DNA of 32,000 nt from Nitrosospira multiformis ATCC 25196 (GTDB taxonomy: Bacteria; Pseudomonadota; Gammaproteobacteria; Burkholderiales; Nitrosomonadaceae). The DNA is taken from positions 1,200,001 to 1,232,000 of the forward strand of contig NC_007614.1 in assembly GCF_000196355.1 (NCBI RefSeq), given 5' to 3'. The translations under genes were made by a program, and so were the position numbers. Below, piece after piece: positions 1-10,178 of the stretch. The notes under the pieces were generated by a model that saw only the letters and a program-made list of their open reading frames with translations, did no database searches and was not told where the DNA came from. How positions within the stretch are numbered: position 1 is the stretch's first letter; every line of letters begins with the position of its first letter.

Positions 1-659
1 TGGAGATAGCGCAGTTGCATGGCGCCGGCCTGCCGCGACAGCGTTTCTGCCGCCTGCATGAGTTGCTCCGATGCCTGTAATTCACCCTCGGCGTGAATCA
101 CCTTGGCGCGACGTTCGCGTTCCGCTTCCGCCTGCCGGGCAATAGCCCGTATCATGGATTCGTCAATGTCCACATGCTTGATCTCGACATTGGATACCTT
201 GATGCCCCAGGCGTCGGTCTGAATGTCCAGCACTTTCTGGATATCCATGTTGAGTTTCTCGCGTTCCGCCAGCATTTCATCGAGTTCGTGCTTGCCCAGT
301 ACCGATCGCAACGTGGTTTGCGCGAACTGGCTGGTGGCGGCAAGAAAGTTCTCCACCTGGATGATGGATTTTTGCGGATCGACCACGCGAAAATACACCA
401 CGGCACTGACTTTCACCGAGACGTTGTCGCGTGAAATGACGTCTTGGCTCGGTACGTCCATCACCACCGTGCGCAGGTCAACTTTCACCATTTTCTGAAT
501 CCCTGGAATGATGATGATCAGGCCGGGGCCTTTCACCTTGTAGAAGCGGCCGAGCAGGAACACGACACCCCGTTCATATTCGCGCAAAATGCGGAATATC
601 GAGAATAGCGCGAGGATAAGAATGAGGGCGAGCGTGCCGAATACCGAATTGGCGAGCAT
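1..659 (-). CDS. Slipin/stomatin-like SPFH-domain protein, 3' end beyond the left edge
   Basis: Manual minus-strand translation is open from ATG at 659 to the window edge: [95 protein letters not shown]...[41 protein letters not shown]. One N-terminal TM segment is followed by a classic SPFH domain. It is missing from the ORF track because it runs off the edge. It is adjacent to an NfeD gene. Confidence 0.95.
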   Translation of the reverse strand, partial: MLANSVFGTLALILILALFSIFRILREYERGVVFLLGRFYKVKGPGLIIIIPGIQKMVKVDLRTVVMDVPSQDVISRDNVSVKVSAVVYFRVVDPQKSIIQVENFLAATSQFAQTTLRSVLGKHELDEMLAEREKLNMDIQKVLDIQTDAWGIKVSNVEIKHVDIDESMIRAIARQAEAERERRAKVIHAEGELQASEQLMQAAETLSRQAGAMQLRYL

Positions 660-672
660 AAGTGTCTCCTGG

Positions 673-2043
673 TTATTTTTCTGCTGCGGTTACATGCAGG
701 ATGAGGCCGTCGATTCCGGTCACACGCACCTTCTGGCCCCGAACCAGCGGTTGGGCGGAGTGCACGGTCCACAACTCGCCGCGGATACGCGCCATGCCGT
801 CACCGGAAGTGTCTTCCAGCATTTCTCCCACTGAGCCGACCATATGCTCCTGACCACTCAGCAACGGTTTCCGGCGGGTCTTGAGCGCCATGCCGATTAC
901 TGAAATCAGGAACAGGGCACTGGCGAAGGCTACTCCGCCGACGAGCGTCCAGGGGATACCGAAACCGGGCGCCTCACTGTCAATCAGCATCAGGGAGCCC
1001 ACGACGAAAGCGATAATTCCGCCGATACCGAGGGCCCCGAAGCTGGGCAGGAATACTTCGGCCACCATGAACCCGATCCCGAGCAGGATCAAGGCAAGTC
1101 CGGCATAGCTCACCGGCAGTAACTGGAAGGCATACAGGGCGATAAGCAGGCAGATGGCGCCTGCCACGCCGGGTAGCACAAAACCGGGGTTGGCAAACTC
1201 GAAGAACAGTCCGTAAATGCCGATAAGCATCAGGACATAGGCGACGCTTGGATTGGTGATGATGGCGAGCAGCCGCGTGCGCCAGTCGGGTTCCACGACT
1301 TCCATGGTGGCGGAAGTGGTATCGAGCTTACGGTCCTGGCCCAGTACGTTCACTTGCCTGCCATTGAGCTGCTTCAGCAGATCCGCGATGTCGGTAGCGA
1401 TATAATCGACAACTTTGAGGTGCAGCGCTTCGGAGGCCGACAGACTGACCGCTTCGCGGACGGCTCTTTCCGCCCATTCCACATTACGCCCGCGCATTTG
1501 CGCCAGGCCGCGTATGTACGCCGCAGCATCATGAATCATTTTGCGGGACATTTCGTCCTTTACGGGAAGCTGGCCTTCTTTTTCCGGATTTTGCGCGCGG
1601 TTCTCGCCTGATTTCGGTTGGGGCCTGGGTTCAGGCTCTGATCGGGGAAAGCCACCCATTTCTATTGGGGTTGCGGCACCCAGGTTGGTGCCCGGAGCCA
1701 TCGCGGCGATATGGCTGGCATACAGGATATAAGTGCCGGCACTGGCTGCCCGAGCCCCACTCGGCGCCACAAAAGTCGCCACGGGCAAGGGTGAAGCCAG
1801 GACACCGCGGATGATCTGCCGCATGGAAGTGTCGAGGCCTCCCGGCGTGTCCAGTTGTAACACCACAAGCAGCGCGTTCTCGTTCGCGGCGCGTTCCAGT
1901 CCGCGCTGGATGAAATCGGCGCTGGCCGGAGCAATGGGGCCATCGATTTTCAACACCACGACAGGGGAAGCTCGAACAATTGACGGCAGCAGAAACAGCA
2001 TCGCCAGGACACTGACAAAAAGAGTGCGAATGAGTAGTTTCAT
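673..2043 (-). CDS. NfeD-family membrane-bound ClpP-class (S49-like) serine protease
   Basis: 456 aa ORF. Signal peptide, then [65 protein letters not shown], and C-terminal TM helices plus an OB-like NfeD domain. Paired with the slipin gene. Confidence 0.95.
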   Translation of the reverse strand: MKLLIRTLFVSVLAMLFLLPSIVRASPVVVLKIDGPIAPASADFIQRGLERAANENALLVVLQLDTPGGLDTSMRQIIRGVLASPLPVATFVAPSGARAASAGTYILYASHIAAMAPGTNLGAATPIEMGGFPRSEPEPRPQPKSGENRAQNPEKEGQLPVKDEMSRKMIHDAAAYIRGLAQMRGRNVEWAERAVREAVSLSASEALHLKVVDYIATDIADLLKQLNGRQVNVLGQDRKLDTTSATMEVVEPDWRTRLLAIITNPSVAYVLMLIGIYGLFFEFANPGFVLPGVAGAICLLIALYAFQLLPVSYAGLALILLGIGFMVAEVFLPSFGALGIGGIIAFVVGSLMLIDSEAPGFGIPWTLVGGVAFASALFLISVIGMALKTRRKPLLSGQEHMVGSVGEMLEDTSGDGMARIRGELWTVHSAQPLVRGQKVRVTGIDGLILHVTAAEK

Positions 2044-2158
2044 TTATTCAATATAGACCGTTTCATCCGTTACAAATTCGCCAAAAAAGCTTGCGGATGC
2101 TTGCAATGCCCTTTGTTTTGGCGCATAAAGCGACTTCCATATCAAAAGCATTTATTTC

Positions 2159-4138
2159 ATGAAGAGACCGGTAAGCAGAATTCTCGTTATCAATGATGAA
2201 AAACTGATACTCAAGGAGCTCATAAAGGGATTGAACGCCGCGGCCAGATCCCTTGAGAACCCTCTGGGAATCACGTTTTTGGGGGTCACTACTGCGCGGG
2301 AGGCGCTGCAGGCCATTCAGGATGATGGCGACATTCAGTCCGTGCTGGTGGACGATACGCTCTATACGCTGAAAAATGGCGAGAAGGGCTCCCGCATCCT
2401 GCAAATGACGGCGCTGAAACTGGTGCAGGAAATAACCCGTTTCCGCCCCGAGCTGGATATCTATATCCTGATCGCGCAGGAGAAAGAGGATGAGGTGGTG
2501 GATGCGCTGTTTTCTGAAACCGTGGATGGTTATTTCTATCGGGAAGAGCGTGATTACCGGGGCATGTACCGGATTTTGAATGCCCAGCTTCAGGAAAAAG
2601 CGCGCACGCCTTTTTACGATCAACTCAAAAGTTATGTATTGATGGCAAAGGATGCCTGGCATACACCTGGGCATTCTTCAGGCGATTCGTTGCGGGACAG
2701 TCCCTGGGCCAGCGATTTCTACCAGTTTATCGGCGAGCATATTTTTCGCGCAGATCTGTCGGTGTCGGTGCCCATGCTCGATTCGCTCATGGAACCTTCC
2801 GGGGTCATTGCCGAAGCGCAGAAGATTGCGGCAAAGGCGTTTGGCGCGCGCCGCACTTTTTTTGCCACAAATGGCACTTCCACCGCCAACAAGGTGATAT
2901 TCCAGACGTTGCTCGCTCCTGGCGAAAAGCTGCTGCTGGATCGGAACTGCCATAAATCGGTTCATCACGGAGTCGTGCTATCCGGCGCCCATCCCATCTA
3001 TCTCAACTCCTCGGTAAACAAGAAATTCGGGGTTTATGGGCCGGTGCCCAAGCAGACACTGTTCAGGGCAATCGAAGAACATCCCGATGCCCAGGCGCTC
3101 ATACTCACGAGTTGCACCTATGATGGTTTCCGCTATGACCTGCCTCCGATCATAGAGGCCGCGCATGCCAAAGGCATCAAGGTGATCATCGATGAAGCCT
3201 GGTACGGGTTCGCCCGCTTTCATCCGGCTTTCCGTCCCACCGCCCTGGAAGCAGGCGCAGATTATGCTACTCAAAGTACACACAAGGTGCTGTCGGCTTT
3301 TTCCCAGTCCAGCATGATTCATATCAATGATCCCGAATTCAACGAGCATCTGTTTCGGGAAAATTTCAACATGCATACTTCCACCAGCCCGCAGTACAGC
3401 ATGATTGCAAGTCTCGACGTGGCGCGCAAACAGGTGGTGATGGAGGGATACAAGCTATTGTCGCGCACGCTGGAGCTGGCGAAGGAAGTACGTGAGCAAA
3501 TCAATTCGACCGGCGTGTTTCGCGTACTGGAACTGACGGATCTGCTGCCTGACGAGGTGAAGAACGACAATATCCAGCTCGATTCGACCAAGGTCACCGT
3601 CGATATTTCGCATTGTGGCTTTACGGTGGAAGATTTGGTCCGGGAACTGTTCGAGCGATATAACATTCAGGTGGAAAAATCCACTTTCAATACGCTCACT
3701 CTGCTGCTGACCATCGGTACCACGCGCAGCAAGGTATCGCGCCTTTACGATGCTCTCATGCGCATCGCACGCGAGGGCAGGGCGCCCCGCAGACTCTACC
3801 AGATCCCGGAGCTTCCGGGATTTACTGAATTGAAGTATCTGCCGCGGGATGCCTTTTACTGCGGCGGCGAGATCGTTCCGTTGCTCGACGAGCAGGAGCG
3901 GATAAATGATAGCCTGAAAGGGAAGGTCTGCGCGGATCAGATCACGCCTTACCCCCCGGGTATTCCGGTCCTGGTGCCAGGCCAGACCATCACGTCCGGG
4001 GTGGTGCAATATCTAGTCAGCATGCTACGATCGCAGAAACGGGTGGAAGTGCACGGGATCGTTTATGACGGCTATCTGCCGTGTTTGAGGCTGTTGAGCG
4101 ACGTCGAGGAAAAGAGCTTGAAAAAGCTTGCAAAATAG
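2159..4138 (+). CDS. Orn/Lys/Arg decarboxylase (fold type I, PLP-dependent) with N-terminal receiver-like domain
   Basis: 659 aa ORF. N-terminal SRILVINDEKLILKELIKGL...VLVDDT receiver-like region. PLP-lysine motif ATQSTHKVLSAFSQSSM, preceded by IIDEAWYG and WHTPGHSSG. Substrate specificity cannot be assigned from the sequence alone. Confidence 0.9.
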   Translation: MKRPVSRILVINDEKLILKELIKGLNAAARSLENPLGITFLGVTTAREALQAIQDDGDIQSVLVDDTLYTLKNGEKGSRILQMTALKLVQEITRFRPELDIYILIAQEKEDEVVDALFSETVDGYFYREERDYRGMYRILNAQLQEKARTPFYDQLKSYVLMAKDAWHTPGHSSGDSLRDSPWASDFYQFIGEHIFRADLSVSVPMLDSLMEPSGVIAEAQKIAAKAFGARRTFFATNGTSTANKVIFQTLLAPGEKLLLDRNCHKSVHHGVVLSGAHPIYLNSSVNKKFGVYGPVPKQTLFRAIEEHPDAQALILTSCTYDGFRYDLPPIIEAAHAKGIKVIIDEAWYGFARFHPAFRPTALEAGADYATQSTHKVLSAFSQSSMIHINDPEFNEHLFRENFNMHTSTSPQYSMIASLDVARKQVVMEGYKLLSRTLELAKEVREQINSTGVFRVLELTDLLPDEVKNDNIQLDSTKVTVDISHCGFTVEDLVRELFERYNIQVEKSTFNTLTLLLTIGTTRSKVSRLYDALMRIAREGRAPRRLYQIPELPGFTELKYLPRDAFYCGGEIVPLLDEQERINDSLKGKVCADQITPYPPGIPVLVPGQTITSGVVQYLVSMLRSQKRVEVHGIVYDGYLPCLRLLSDVEEKSLKKLAK

Positions 4139-4238
4139 GTAAAACTAAAGGATTCCACAGAATAAACCACAATAAATTCCACCACGTCGCACGGCGGCTC
4201 ATGCCGCCGTGTTGCATTCTGATCTGGCAAATTTACCT

Positions 4239-5411
4239 ATGTCGAATTTGATGAACACTTACCTGCGCCTGCCCGTTACATTTGCGAGGGGGGAAGGGGT
4301 GTGGTTATGGGACGAGGAGGGCAAGCGCTATCTCGATGCGCTTGCGGGAGTAGCGGTATGCGGGCTGGGGCATTGCCACCCGGCGCTGGCAAAGGCCCTT
4401 TGCGACCAGGCAGGTACCCTTATCCATACTTCCAATCTCTACCATATCAGGAAGCAGGAACAACTAGGAACGAGATTGACCGCGCTTTCAGGCATGGACA
4501 ATGCATTTTTCTGCAATTCAGGGGCGGAAGCCAATGAGGCAGCGATCAAGCTCGCGAGGTTGTATGGACATGGGAAGAATATCGATTTGCCGACTATTAT
4601 CGTCATGGAAAAATCCTTCCACGGACGTACCATGGCGACCCTGACCGCAAGTGGCAACCGCAAGGTGCAGGCTGGCTTCGAGCCGCTCCTCACCGGTTTT
4701 GCGCGGGTTCCCTATAATGATCTCGAGGCAGTGGCACAGGTTGCGGAACACAACAAGAACGTCGTTGCTATCCTGGTTGAACCTTACCAGGGGGAGGGGG
4801 GGGTCAATGTGCCGCAGGCAAATTATCTGCAAGGTCTCCGCCACCTCTGTAACCAGAACGGCTGGCTGCTGATGCTGGATGAAGTACAGTGCGGAATCGG
4901 CCGCACCGGCAACTGGTTCGCTTTTCAATACAGCGGCATCACGCCCGATGTCGTCACGCTCGCCAAAGGCCTGGGATCGGGCGTGCCGATTGGGGCCTGC
5001 CTGGCGAAAGGTATCGCGGCAAATGTCTTCAAGCCAGGCAATCATGCCTCCACTTTCGGTGGAAACCCGCTTGCCTGCAGTGCTGCGCTCACCACGCTCG
5101 AAGTAATCGAGAAAGAAGATCTGCTGCGCAATGCAATGGAAGTGGGCGATTTCATGCGCAGTCTGTTCAAGGCGCAATTGGCGGATTTGCCGGAGGTCAT
5201 TGAAATTCGCGGCCAGGGCCTGATGATAGGCATCGAGCTTTCGAAACCGTGTGGTGAACTGGTGAAGGAAGCTTTGAAAAAAGGCCTTCTCATCAATGTA
5301 ACCTCCGACAAGGTCGTGCGTCTGCTACCGCCGCTGGTGATTCAACGCAGCGAGGCTGAGCAGGTAGTCAACATTTTATCTCCCATTGTGAAGGAATTTC
5401 TGGCAGCTTGA
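4239..5411 (+). CDS. argD: Acetylornithine/succinyldiaminopimelate aminotransferase
   Basis: Starts MSNLMNTYLRLPVTFARGEGVWLWDEEGKRYLDALAGVAVCGLGH. Contains FCNSGAEANEAAIKLAR, MLDEVQCGIGRTG and FGGNPLACSAAL. Followed by argF and argG. The start is placed at the ATG at 4239 rather than the upstream start in the ORF track. Confidence 0.93.
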   Translation: MSNLMNTYLRLPVTFARGEGVWLWDEEGKRYLDALAGVAVCGLGHCHPALAKALCDQAGTLIHTSNLYHIRKQEQLGTRLTALSGMDNAFFCNSGAEANEAAIKLARLYGHGKNIDLPTIIVMEKSFHGRTMATLTASGNRKVQAGFEPLLTGFARVPYNDLEAVAQVAEHNKNVVAILVEPYQGEGGVNVPQANYLQGLRHLCNQNGWLLMLDEVQCGIGRTGNWFAFQYSGITPDVVTLAKGLGSGVPIGACLAKGIAANVFKPGNHASTFGGNPLACSAALTTLEVIEKEDLLRNAMEVGDFMRSLFKAQLADLPEVIEIRGQGLMIGIELSKPCGELVKEALKKGLLINVTSDKVVRLLPPLVIQRSEAEQVVNILSPIVKEFLAA

Positions 5412-5505
5412 GTTTTTTGCGATCGCAAAAAGTGAACGGTTGAAGTCAGCCGGCCCAAGTCTTCGCAATAGTCTTCGCAACGGACTCGCCCCTGACACCA
5501 AAAAT

Positions 5506-6429
5506 ATGCAGATCAAGCATTTCTTACAGTTCAACGATTTTTCCCGGGAGGAATTCGAGTATCTGTTCGAGCGCACGCGCTGGATCAAGCAGGAGTTCAA
5601 GCAATACCGACGCTACTGGCCCCTGGAAGACCGTACTCTGGCCATGATCTTTGACAAGCATTCAACCCGCACCAGGCTTTCGTTTGAGGCGGGCATGCAC
5701 CAGTTGGGCGGGGCGGCGATCTATCTTTCCACTCGTGATACCCAGTTGGGGCGCGGCGAGCCGGTCGAAGATGCGGCCCGGGTGATTTCGCGGATGGTGG
5801 ATATCGTCATGATCCGTACCCATGAGCATGATATCGTCAGGCGGTTTGCGGCGCATTCGCGTGTTCCGGTCATTAATGGACTGACCGATGAATATCACCC
5901 CTGCCAGATCATTGGGGATATTTTTACGTTCATCGAGCACCATGGCAGCATTACCGGCAAGACGGTGGCGTGGATAGGGGACTCCAACAACGTTTGCAAT
6001 ACGTGGCTTCAGGCAGCGGAAGTATTCGATTTCAACGTCCATGTCTCCACTCCGCGAGGCTACGAAGTGGAGCCGGAACGGGCCGGTCTTTACGGGACAA
6101 GCCACTATGAGGAGTTTGCGGATCCACATGAGGCAGTAAAAGGTGCAGACCTCGTTACCACGGACGTCTGGACCAGCATGGGATTCGAGGCCGAAACCGA
6201 GGAGCGAAAAAGGGATTTTGCGGATTTTCGGGTGGATGCGGAAATGATGTCGCACACCCGCAAGGATGCGTTGTTCATGCATTGCCTGCCTGCTCATCGC
6301 GGGGAGGAAGTGGCGGCGGAAGTGATAGACGGACCGCAATCGGTGGTATGGGATGAAGCGGAGAACCGGCTGCATACGCAAAAGGCGCTGATTGAATACC
6401 TGTTGCTGGGAAGACTGGATAACGCCTGA
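5506..6429 (+). CDS. argF: Ornithine carbamoyltransferase
   Basis: MQIKHFLQFNDFSREEFEYLF, FDKHSTRTRLSFEAGMHQLGG (STRTR motif), DEYHPCQI, LFMHCLPAHRGEEV. The start is placed at the ATG at 5506. Confidence 0.96.
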   Translation: MQIKHFLQFNDFSREEFEYLFERTRWIKQEFKQYRRYWPLEDRTLAMIFDKHSTRTRLSFEAGMHQLGGAAIYLSTRDTQLGRGEPVEDAARVISRMVDIVMIRTHEHDIVRRFAAHSRVPVINGLTDEYHPCQIIGDIFTFIEHHGSITGKTVAWIGDSNNVCNTWLQAAEVFDFNVHVSTPRGYEVEPERAGLYGTSHYEEFADPHEAVKGADLVTTDVWTSMGFEAETEERKRDFADFRVDAEMMSHTRKDALFMHCLPAHRGEEVAAEVIDGPQSVVWDEAENRLHTQKALIEYLLLGRLDNA

Positions 6430-6512
6430 TAGAGCAGGATTTTCAATAGGAGTTATTCGGGAAGTCAAGCCGGCATTTTTATTAATGAGACAAGCATGGG
6501 AAAAGAAACAAG

Positions 6513-7736
6513 GTGAATGTCGCTCAGATTAAAAAAGTAGTCCTGGCATTTTCCGGCGGTCTGGATACGTCGGTAATCCTGAAGTGGCTGCAGGATACCT
6601 ACCGGTGCGAAGTTGTCACCTTCACCGCTGACATTGGCCAGGGGGAGGAGGTGGAACCTGCCCGTGCAAAGGCGAAGCAGCTTGGCGTGAGGGAAATCTT
6701 CATCGACGACTTGCGCGAAGAATTCGTACGCGATTTCGTCTTTCCCATGTTTCGGGCCAATACCCTTTATGAAGGGGAGTACCTGCTCGGCACCAGCATC
6801 GCACGCCCGCTGATTGCCAAGCGCCAGATCGAAATCGCGCGAGAAACCGGTGCGGACGCCGTGTCGCACGGCGCGACCGGGAAAGGCAATGATCAGGTGC
6901 GCTTTGAACTCGGTTACTATGCGCTTCAACCGGATATCCGGGTGATTGCGCCGTGGCGCGAATGGGACCTTACATCCCGGGAAAAGCTTCTGAAATACGC
7001 GGAGCAGCACGGCATCCCGGTGGAAATGAAGAAAAAGGAAGGCTCTCCCTACAGTATGGATGCCAACCTTCTGCATATTTCGTATGAGGGACGTATTCTC
7101 GAAGACCCTGCGCAGGAGCCGGAAGAGTCGATGTGGCGGTGGAGTGTTTCGCCGGAAAAAGCTCCGGATAGTCCCGAATATCTCGACCTCGAATTCAGGC
7201 AGGGCGATATCGTTGCATTGGATGGGGAAGAGCTTTCGCCGGCGCGCCTGCTCGCCAGACTCAATGAACTGGGGGGCAAGCACGGGATAGGGCGCCTGGA
7301 TCTGGTCGAAAACCGGTATGTCGGTATGAAGTCCCGCGGGTGCTACGAGACTCCCGGCGGCACGATCATGCTGCGTGCCCACCGGGCCATGGAGTCCATT
7401 ACACTGGACCGTGAAGTCGCACATTTGAAAGACGAGCTTATGCCACGCTATGCCGAACTGATTTACAACGGCTATTGGTGGAGTCCCGAACGCAGAATGA
7501 TGCAGACGATGATCGATGCGTCACAGGCGCATGTGAACGGCTGGGTGCGGGTGAAGCTCTACAAGGGTAATGTGATTGTCGTGGGGAGAGACTCGAAAAC
7601 AGATTCGCTGTTTGATCCCCATATTGCAACCTTCGAGGATGACCAGGGTGCGTACAATCAGATGGATGCTGCCGGTTTCATCAAGTTGAATGCACTCAGG
7701 ATGCGGATTGCCGCCAATTTAAGAAATCGCAAATAA
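6513..7736 (+). CDS. argG: Argininosuccinate synthase
   Basis: 407 aa. [72 protein letters not shown] start. Confidence 0.97.
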   Translation: MNVAQIKKVVLAFSGGLDTSVILKWLQDTYRCEVVTFTADIGQGEEVEPARAKAKQLGVREIFIDDLREEFVRDFVFPMFRANTLYEGEYLLGTSIARPLIAKRQIEIARETGADAVSHGATGKGNDQVRFELGYYALQPDIRVIAPWREWDLTSREKLLKYAEQHGIPVEMKKKEGSPYSMDANLLHISYEGRILEDPAQEPEESMWRWSVSPEKAPDSPEYLDLEFRQGDIVALDGEELSPARLLARLNELGGKHGIGRLDLVENRYVGMKSRGCYETPGGTIMLRAHRAMESITLDREVAHLKDELMPRYAELIYNGYWWSPERRMMQTMIDASQAHVNGWVRVKLYKGNVIVVGRDSKTDSLFDPHIATFEDDQGAYNQMDAAGFIKLNALRMRIAANLRNRK

Positions 7737-7776
7737 TAGCGCTGGAACTGCATGAGATTCTTTTGAGAAGATTGAT

Positions 7777-8262
7777 ATGCCATCATTCGATATCGTTTCC
7801 GAAGTCGACAAGCAGGAAGTTAGAAACGCGATTGACCAGGTGAATAAGGAAGTGGGCACGCGTTTCGACTTCAAGGGTTCTGACGCCCGCGTGGAACAGG
7901 CGGATTATACCCTTACTGTTTTTGCCGATGATGAATTCAAGCTGGACCAGGTATTCGACATTCTGACCACCAAACTGGCCAAGCGGAATGTCGATGTGCG
8001 CTCCCTGGACAAGGGTCAGGTGGAAAAAATCAGCGGCAACAAGGTGAAGCAGCTCGTTACGGTAAAAACCGGCGTGGAAAGTGAGTTGGCTAAAAAAATT
8101 ATCAGGCTCATCAAGGACAGTAAACTCAAGGTCCAAGGCAGCATTCAGGGGGAGACTGTGCGCGTTTCAGGCGCAAAGCGGGATACCTTGCAAGAGGCCA
8201 TCCAATTGGTCAAGAAATCGGTCACGGATTTTCCCCTGCAATTCCAGAATTTTCGCGATTGA
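7777..8262 (+). CDS. yajQ: YajQ-family nucleotide/c-di-GMP-binding protein
   Basis: 161 aa. [37 protein letters not shown]..., [34 protein letters not shown]. Confidence 0.96.
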   Translation: MPSFDIVSEVDKQEVRNAIDQVNKEVGTRFDFKGSDARVEQADYTLTVFADDEFKLDQVFDILTTKLAKRNVDVRSLDKGQVEKISGNKVKQLVTVKTGVESELAKKIIRLIKDSKLKVQGSIQGETVRVSGAKRDTLQEAIQLVKKSVTDFPLQFQNFRD

Positions 8263-8358
8263 CCAACGTTTCGATTAATCCTGAACGCCCTGATTTTTAT
8301 CCCCCTCTCTGTCTGTTTCCTGATTCTCCTCGTCTCCACAATTCCCCGATCGATTTGA

Positions 8359-9069
8359 TCAATTGAACCTGATCCCCTTGATCCAGCGCTCATAGAGCTT
8401 GTCGGCTACACACTGCAACCGCGATATTCGGACAGACAAGTTTGTTTGCATTGCCTCTGCGGCCTGGACCGCAGGGCCGGGGCTCGAGGCAATTTCTGCC
8501 GCCCCGTGGGTGCACCAGTCTTTCACCATCTCTTCGGTCATTTCCACATGGCACTGCAATCCCAAGTGCTTATTATCCAGAGTGAACGCCTGATTTTTGC
8601 ACCAGGGACTGGAAAGCAGCAGTGTGGCGTTATCCGGGATAGTGAAAATCTCGCCATGCCAGTGGAACACTTCGCACTTTGACAGATCTCCAAACCATTC
8701 CCGAGCTGGCTGGTTGTCGGCAGTGCTCGCCTCACCCCAGCCGATTTCCTTGACCCGGCTTTTGGAAACTCCTCCTCCCAGTGCCTTCGCCATTAATTGA
8801 CCACCGAGGCAGTGCCCCAATACAGGAATATTGTTTGCCACTGCCTGGCGAATCAACGAGAGTTCATTTCTGATCCAAGGCAAATCGTCATTTACACTCA
8901 TCGGGCCCCCCATGAATACCAAGCCGCCGAATTGCCCGGCATCGCCAGGTACACTTTCACCGGCATCGATTTTTATGAGTTGCCAGGGAATGGCATGGCG
9001 ATCGAGAAACGTGGCTAAATAGCCTGGCCCTTCGATTGGAAAATGCCTGAAGATTGCGACCGGCTTCAT
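8359..9069 (-). CDS. Class-I glutamine amidotransferase domain protein (GMP-synthase-like, stand-alone)
   Basis: 236 aa. VFMGGPMSVNDDLPWI, nucleophile elbow VLGHCLGGQLMAKALGG, LQCHVEMTEEMV. Confidence 0.9.
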   Translation of the reverse strand: MKPVAIFRHFPIEGPGYLATFLDRHAIPWQLIKIDAGESVPGDAGQFGGLVFMGGPMSVNDDLPWIRNELSLIRQAVANNIPVLGHCLGGQLMAKALGGGVSKSRVKEIGWGEASTADNQPAREWFGDLSKCEVFHWHGEIFTIPDNATLLLSSPWCKNQAFTLDNKHLGLQCHVEMTEEMVKDWCTHGAAEIASSPGPAVQAAEAMQTNLSVRISRLQCVADKLYERWIKGIRFN

Positions 9070-9129
9070 GAATATGCATGCACTCCGCTGGCTGGTGGGT
9101 AGGAATGGGAGGAAAGGGAATGGAGATGT

Positions 9130-9657
9130 TCAGTACCGGTCAGCTTGGCGCCAGGGGGCCACCTCGGCATCCGCAATCACCCTCTGGCCGGTAACGTGGA
9201 CACCATCAAAATCCGCGCGCTCGTGCGCGCCTACGAGGTAAGTTCCGGTCTTAACCAGGATCTCCACCTGTCCATTCGCTACCGCAACGCTGCCGCCAGC
9301 GGCGCGCTTGTTGACGCTGAAACGGGTGCCGGTGTCCCTGATATAAGTGGCTCCCACCTTCAGATTCAGTTTTCCGGGCTGGCTGCCCCTGACATCAAAG
9401 AAGGCGTTGCCCCGCAACAGTTCAATCCCGCTGGGTTCCGTATTGGTGACAGCAACACTGCTGTCGGCATCGAGACTGATGGCGATATCGGGCGTTACAA
9501 GAACGGTGAGCCGCTGGCCGGGAATGGTTTCATGGAGGCGTGTAGTAATCGGCTTGGCAATGAACCAGGATAACAGGCCGAGCCCTACGGCGATAGCTAC
9601 GATAGAGCCATGTACCACGAACGGTAGCCACCACCGGTCGCGAATCACGCCGGGCAT
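9130..9657 (-). CDS. FecR-like domain protein, short and orphan
   Basis: 175 aa. One TM segment (WWLPFVVHGSIVAIAVGLGLLSWFIA), then GQRLTVLVTPDIAISLDADSSVAVTN...GIELLRGNAFFDVRG...YIRDTGTRFSVNKR..SVAVANGQVEI, which matches the core FecR pattern. The protein stops at APWRQADRY, where canonical FecR proteins continue into the STN/C-terminal region. Confidence 0.72.
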   Translation of the reverse strand: MPGVIRDRWWLPFVVHGSIVAIAVGLGLLSWFIAKPITTRLHETIPGQRLTVLVTPDIAISLDADSSVAVTNTEPSGIELLRGNAFFDVRGSQPGKLNLKVGATYIRDTGTRFSVNKRAAGGSVAVANGQVEILVKTGTYLVGAHERADFDGVHVTGQRVIADAEVAPWRQADRY

Positions 9658-9758
9658 GCAACCATTATCCCCGCAATGACGGAGCGTTCGCCGGCGTATC
9701 TGTCATCGCTTGAATTGACCGTAATGATATTCCTTCCGCGGCCGCGCTTCGGCAATTG

Positions 9759-10178
9759 TTATTTTTGTGAAGGGTCGGTAACGAAACCTATTCGCACCAG
9801 TCCCGCCTTTGCTGCAATAGACATCACCTGCGCTACATGCTCGTAGTGGACATGTTTGTCGGCGCGGATATGAAGCTCGATATTGGGATTTTGCCCTACC
9901 GCTTCAGTGAAGCGCGGAGGCAGTTGATCCATTGTAACCGATTCACCGTTCCAGTAAAGAGTGGAGTCGTCACGCAAGGCGAATTCCACATGATCCGGTT
10001 GAGTGATGTTTGGACTGCTGGATGCCTTGGGCAGGTCGATTTTAACGGAATGCGTGAGCAACGGCGCCGTAATGATAAAAATCACCAGTAGTACCAGCAT
10101 CACGTCCACCAGGGGTACGACGTTGATTTCAGCCATGGGGAGCGGCCGGTTACTGCTGTTCATGCTGCCGAATGCCAT
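9759..10178 (-). CDS. exbD: ExbD/TolR-family biopolymer transport protein
   Basis: 139 aa. MAEINVVPLVDVMLVLLVIFIITAPLLTHSVKIDLPKA. Start codon overlaps the exbB stop (TAATG). Confidence 0.92.
   Translation of the reverse strand: MAFGSMNSSNRPLPMAEINVVPLVDVMLVLLVIFIITAPLLTHSVKIDLPKASSSPNITQPDHVEFALRDDSTLYWNGESVTMDQLPPRFTEAVGQNPNIELHIRADKHVHYEHVAQVMSIAAKAGLVRIGFVTDPSQK

Noticed and set aside
152-406. 84-aa minus-strand ORF in the first 660 bp
   Set aside because: It is an alternate frame of the SPFH/slipin gene, which I translated manually across the same bases.
2063-2674. 203-aa minus-strand ORF opposite the decarboxylase start
   Set aside because: Overlaps a strong known coding region and has no family signature. 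Treated as a shadow ORF.
6465-7424. 319-aa minus-strand ORF opposite argG
   Set aside because: Fully antisense to an unambiguous argG. The composition is typical of the complement of a GC-rich coding strand and has no recognisable domain.
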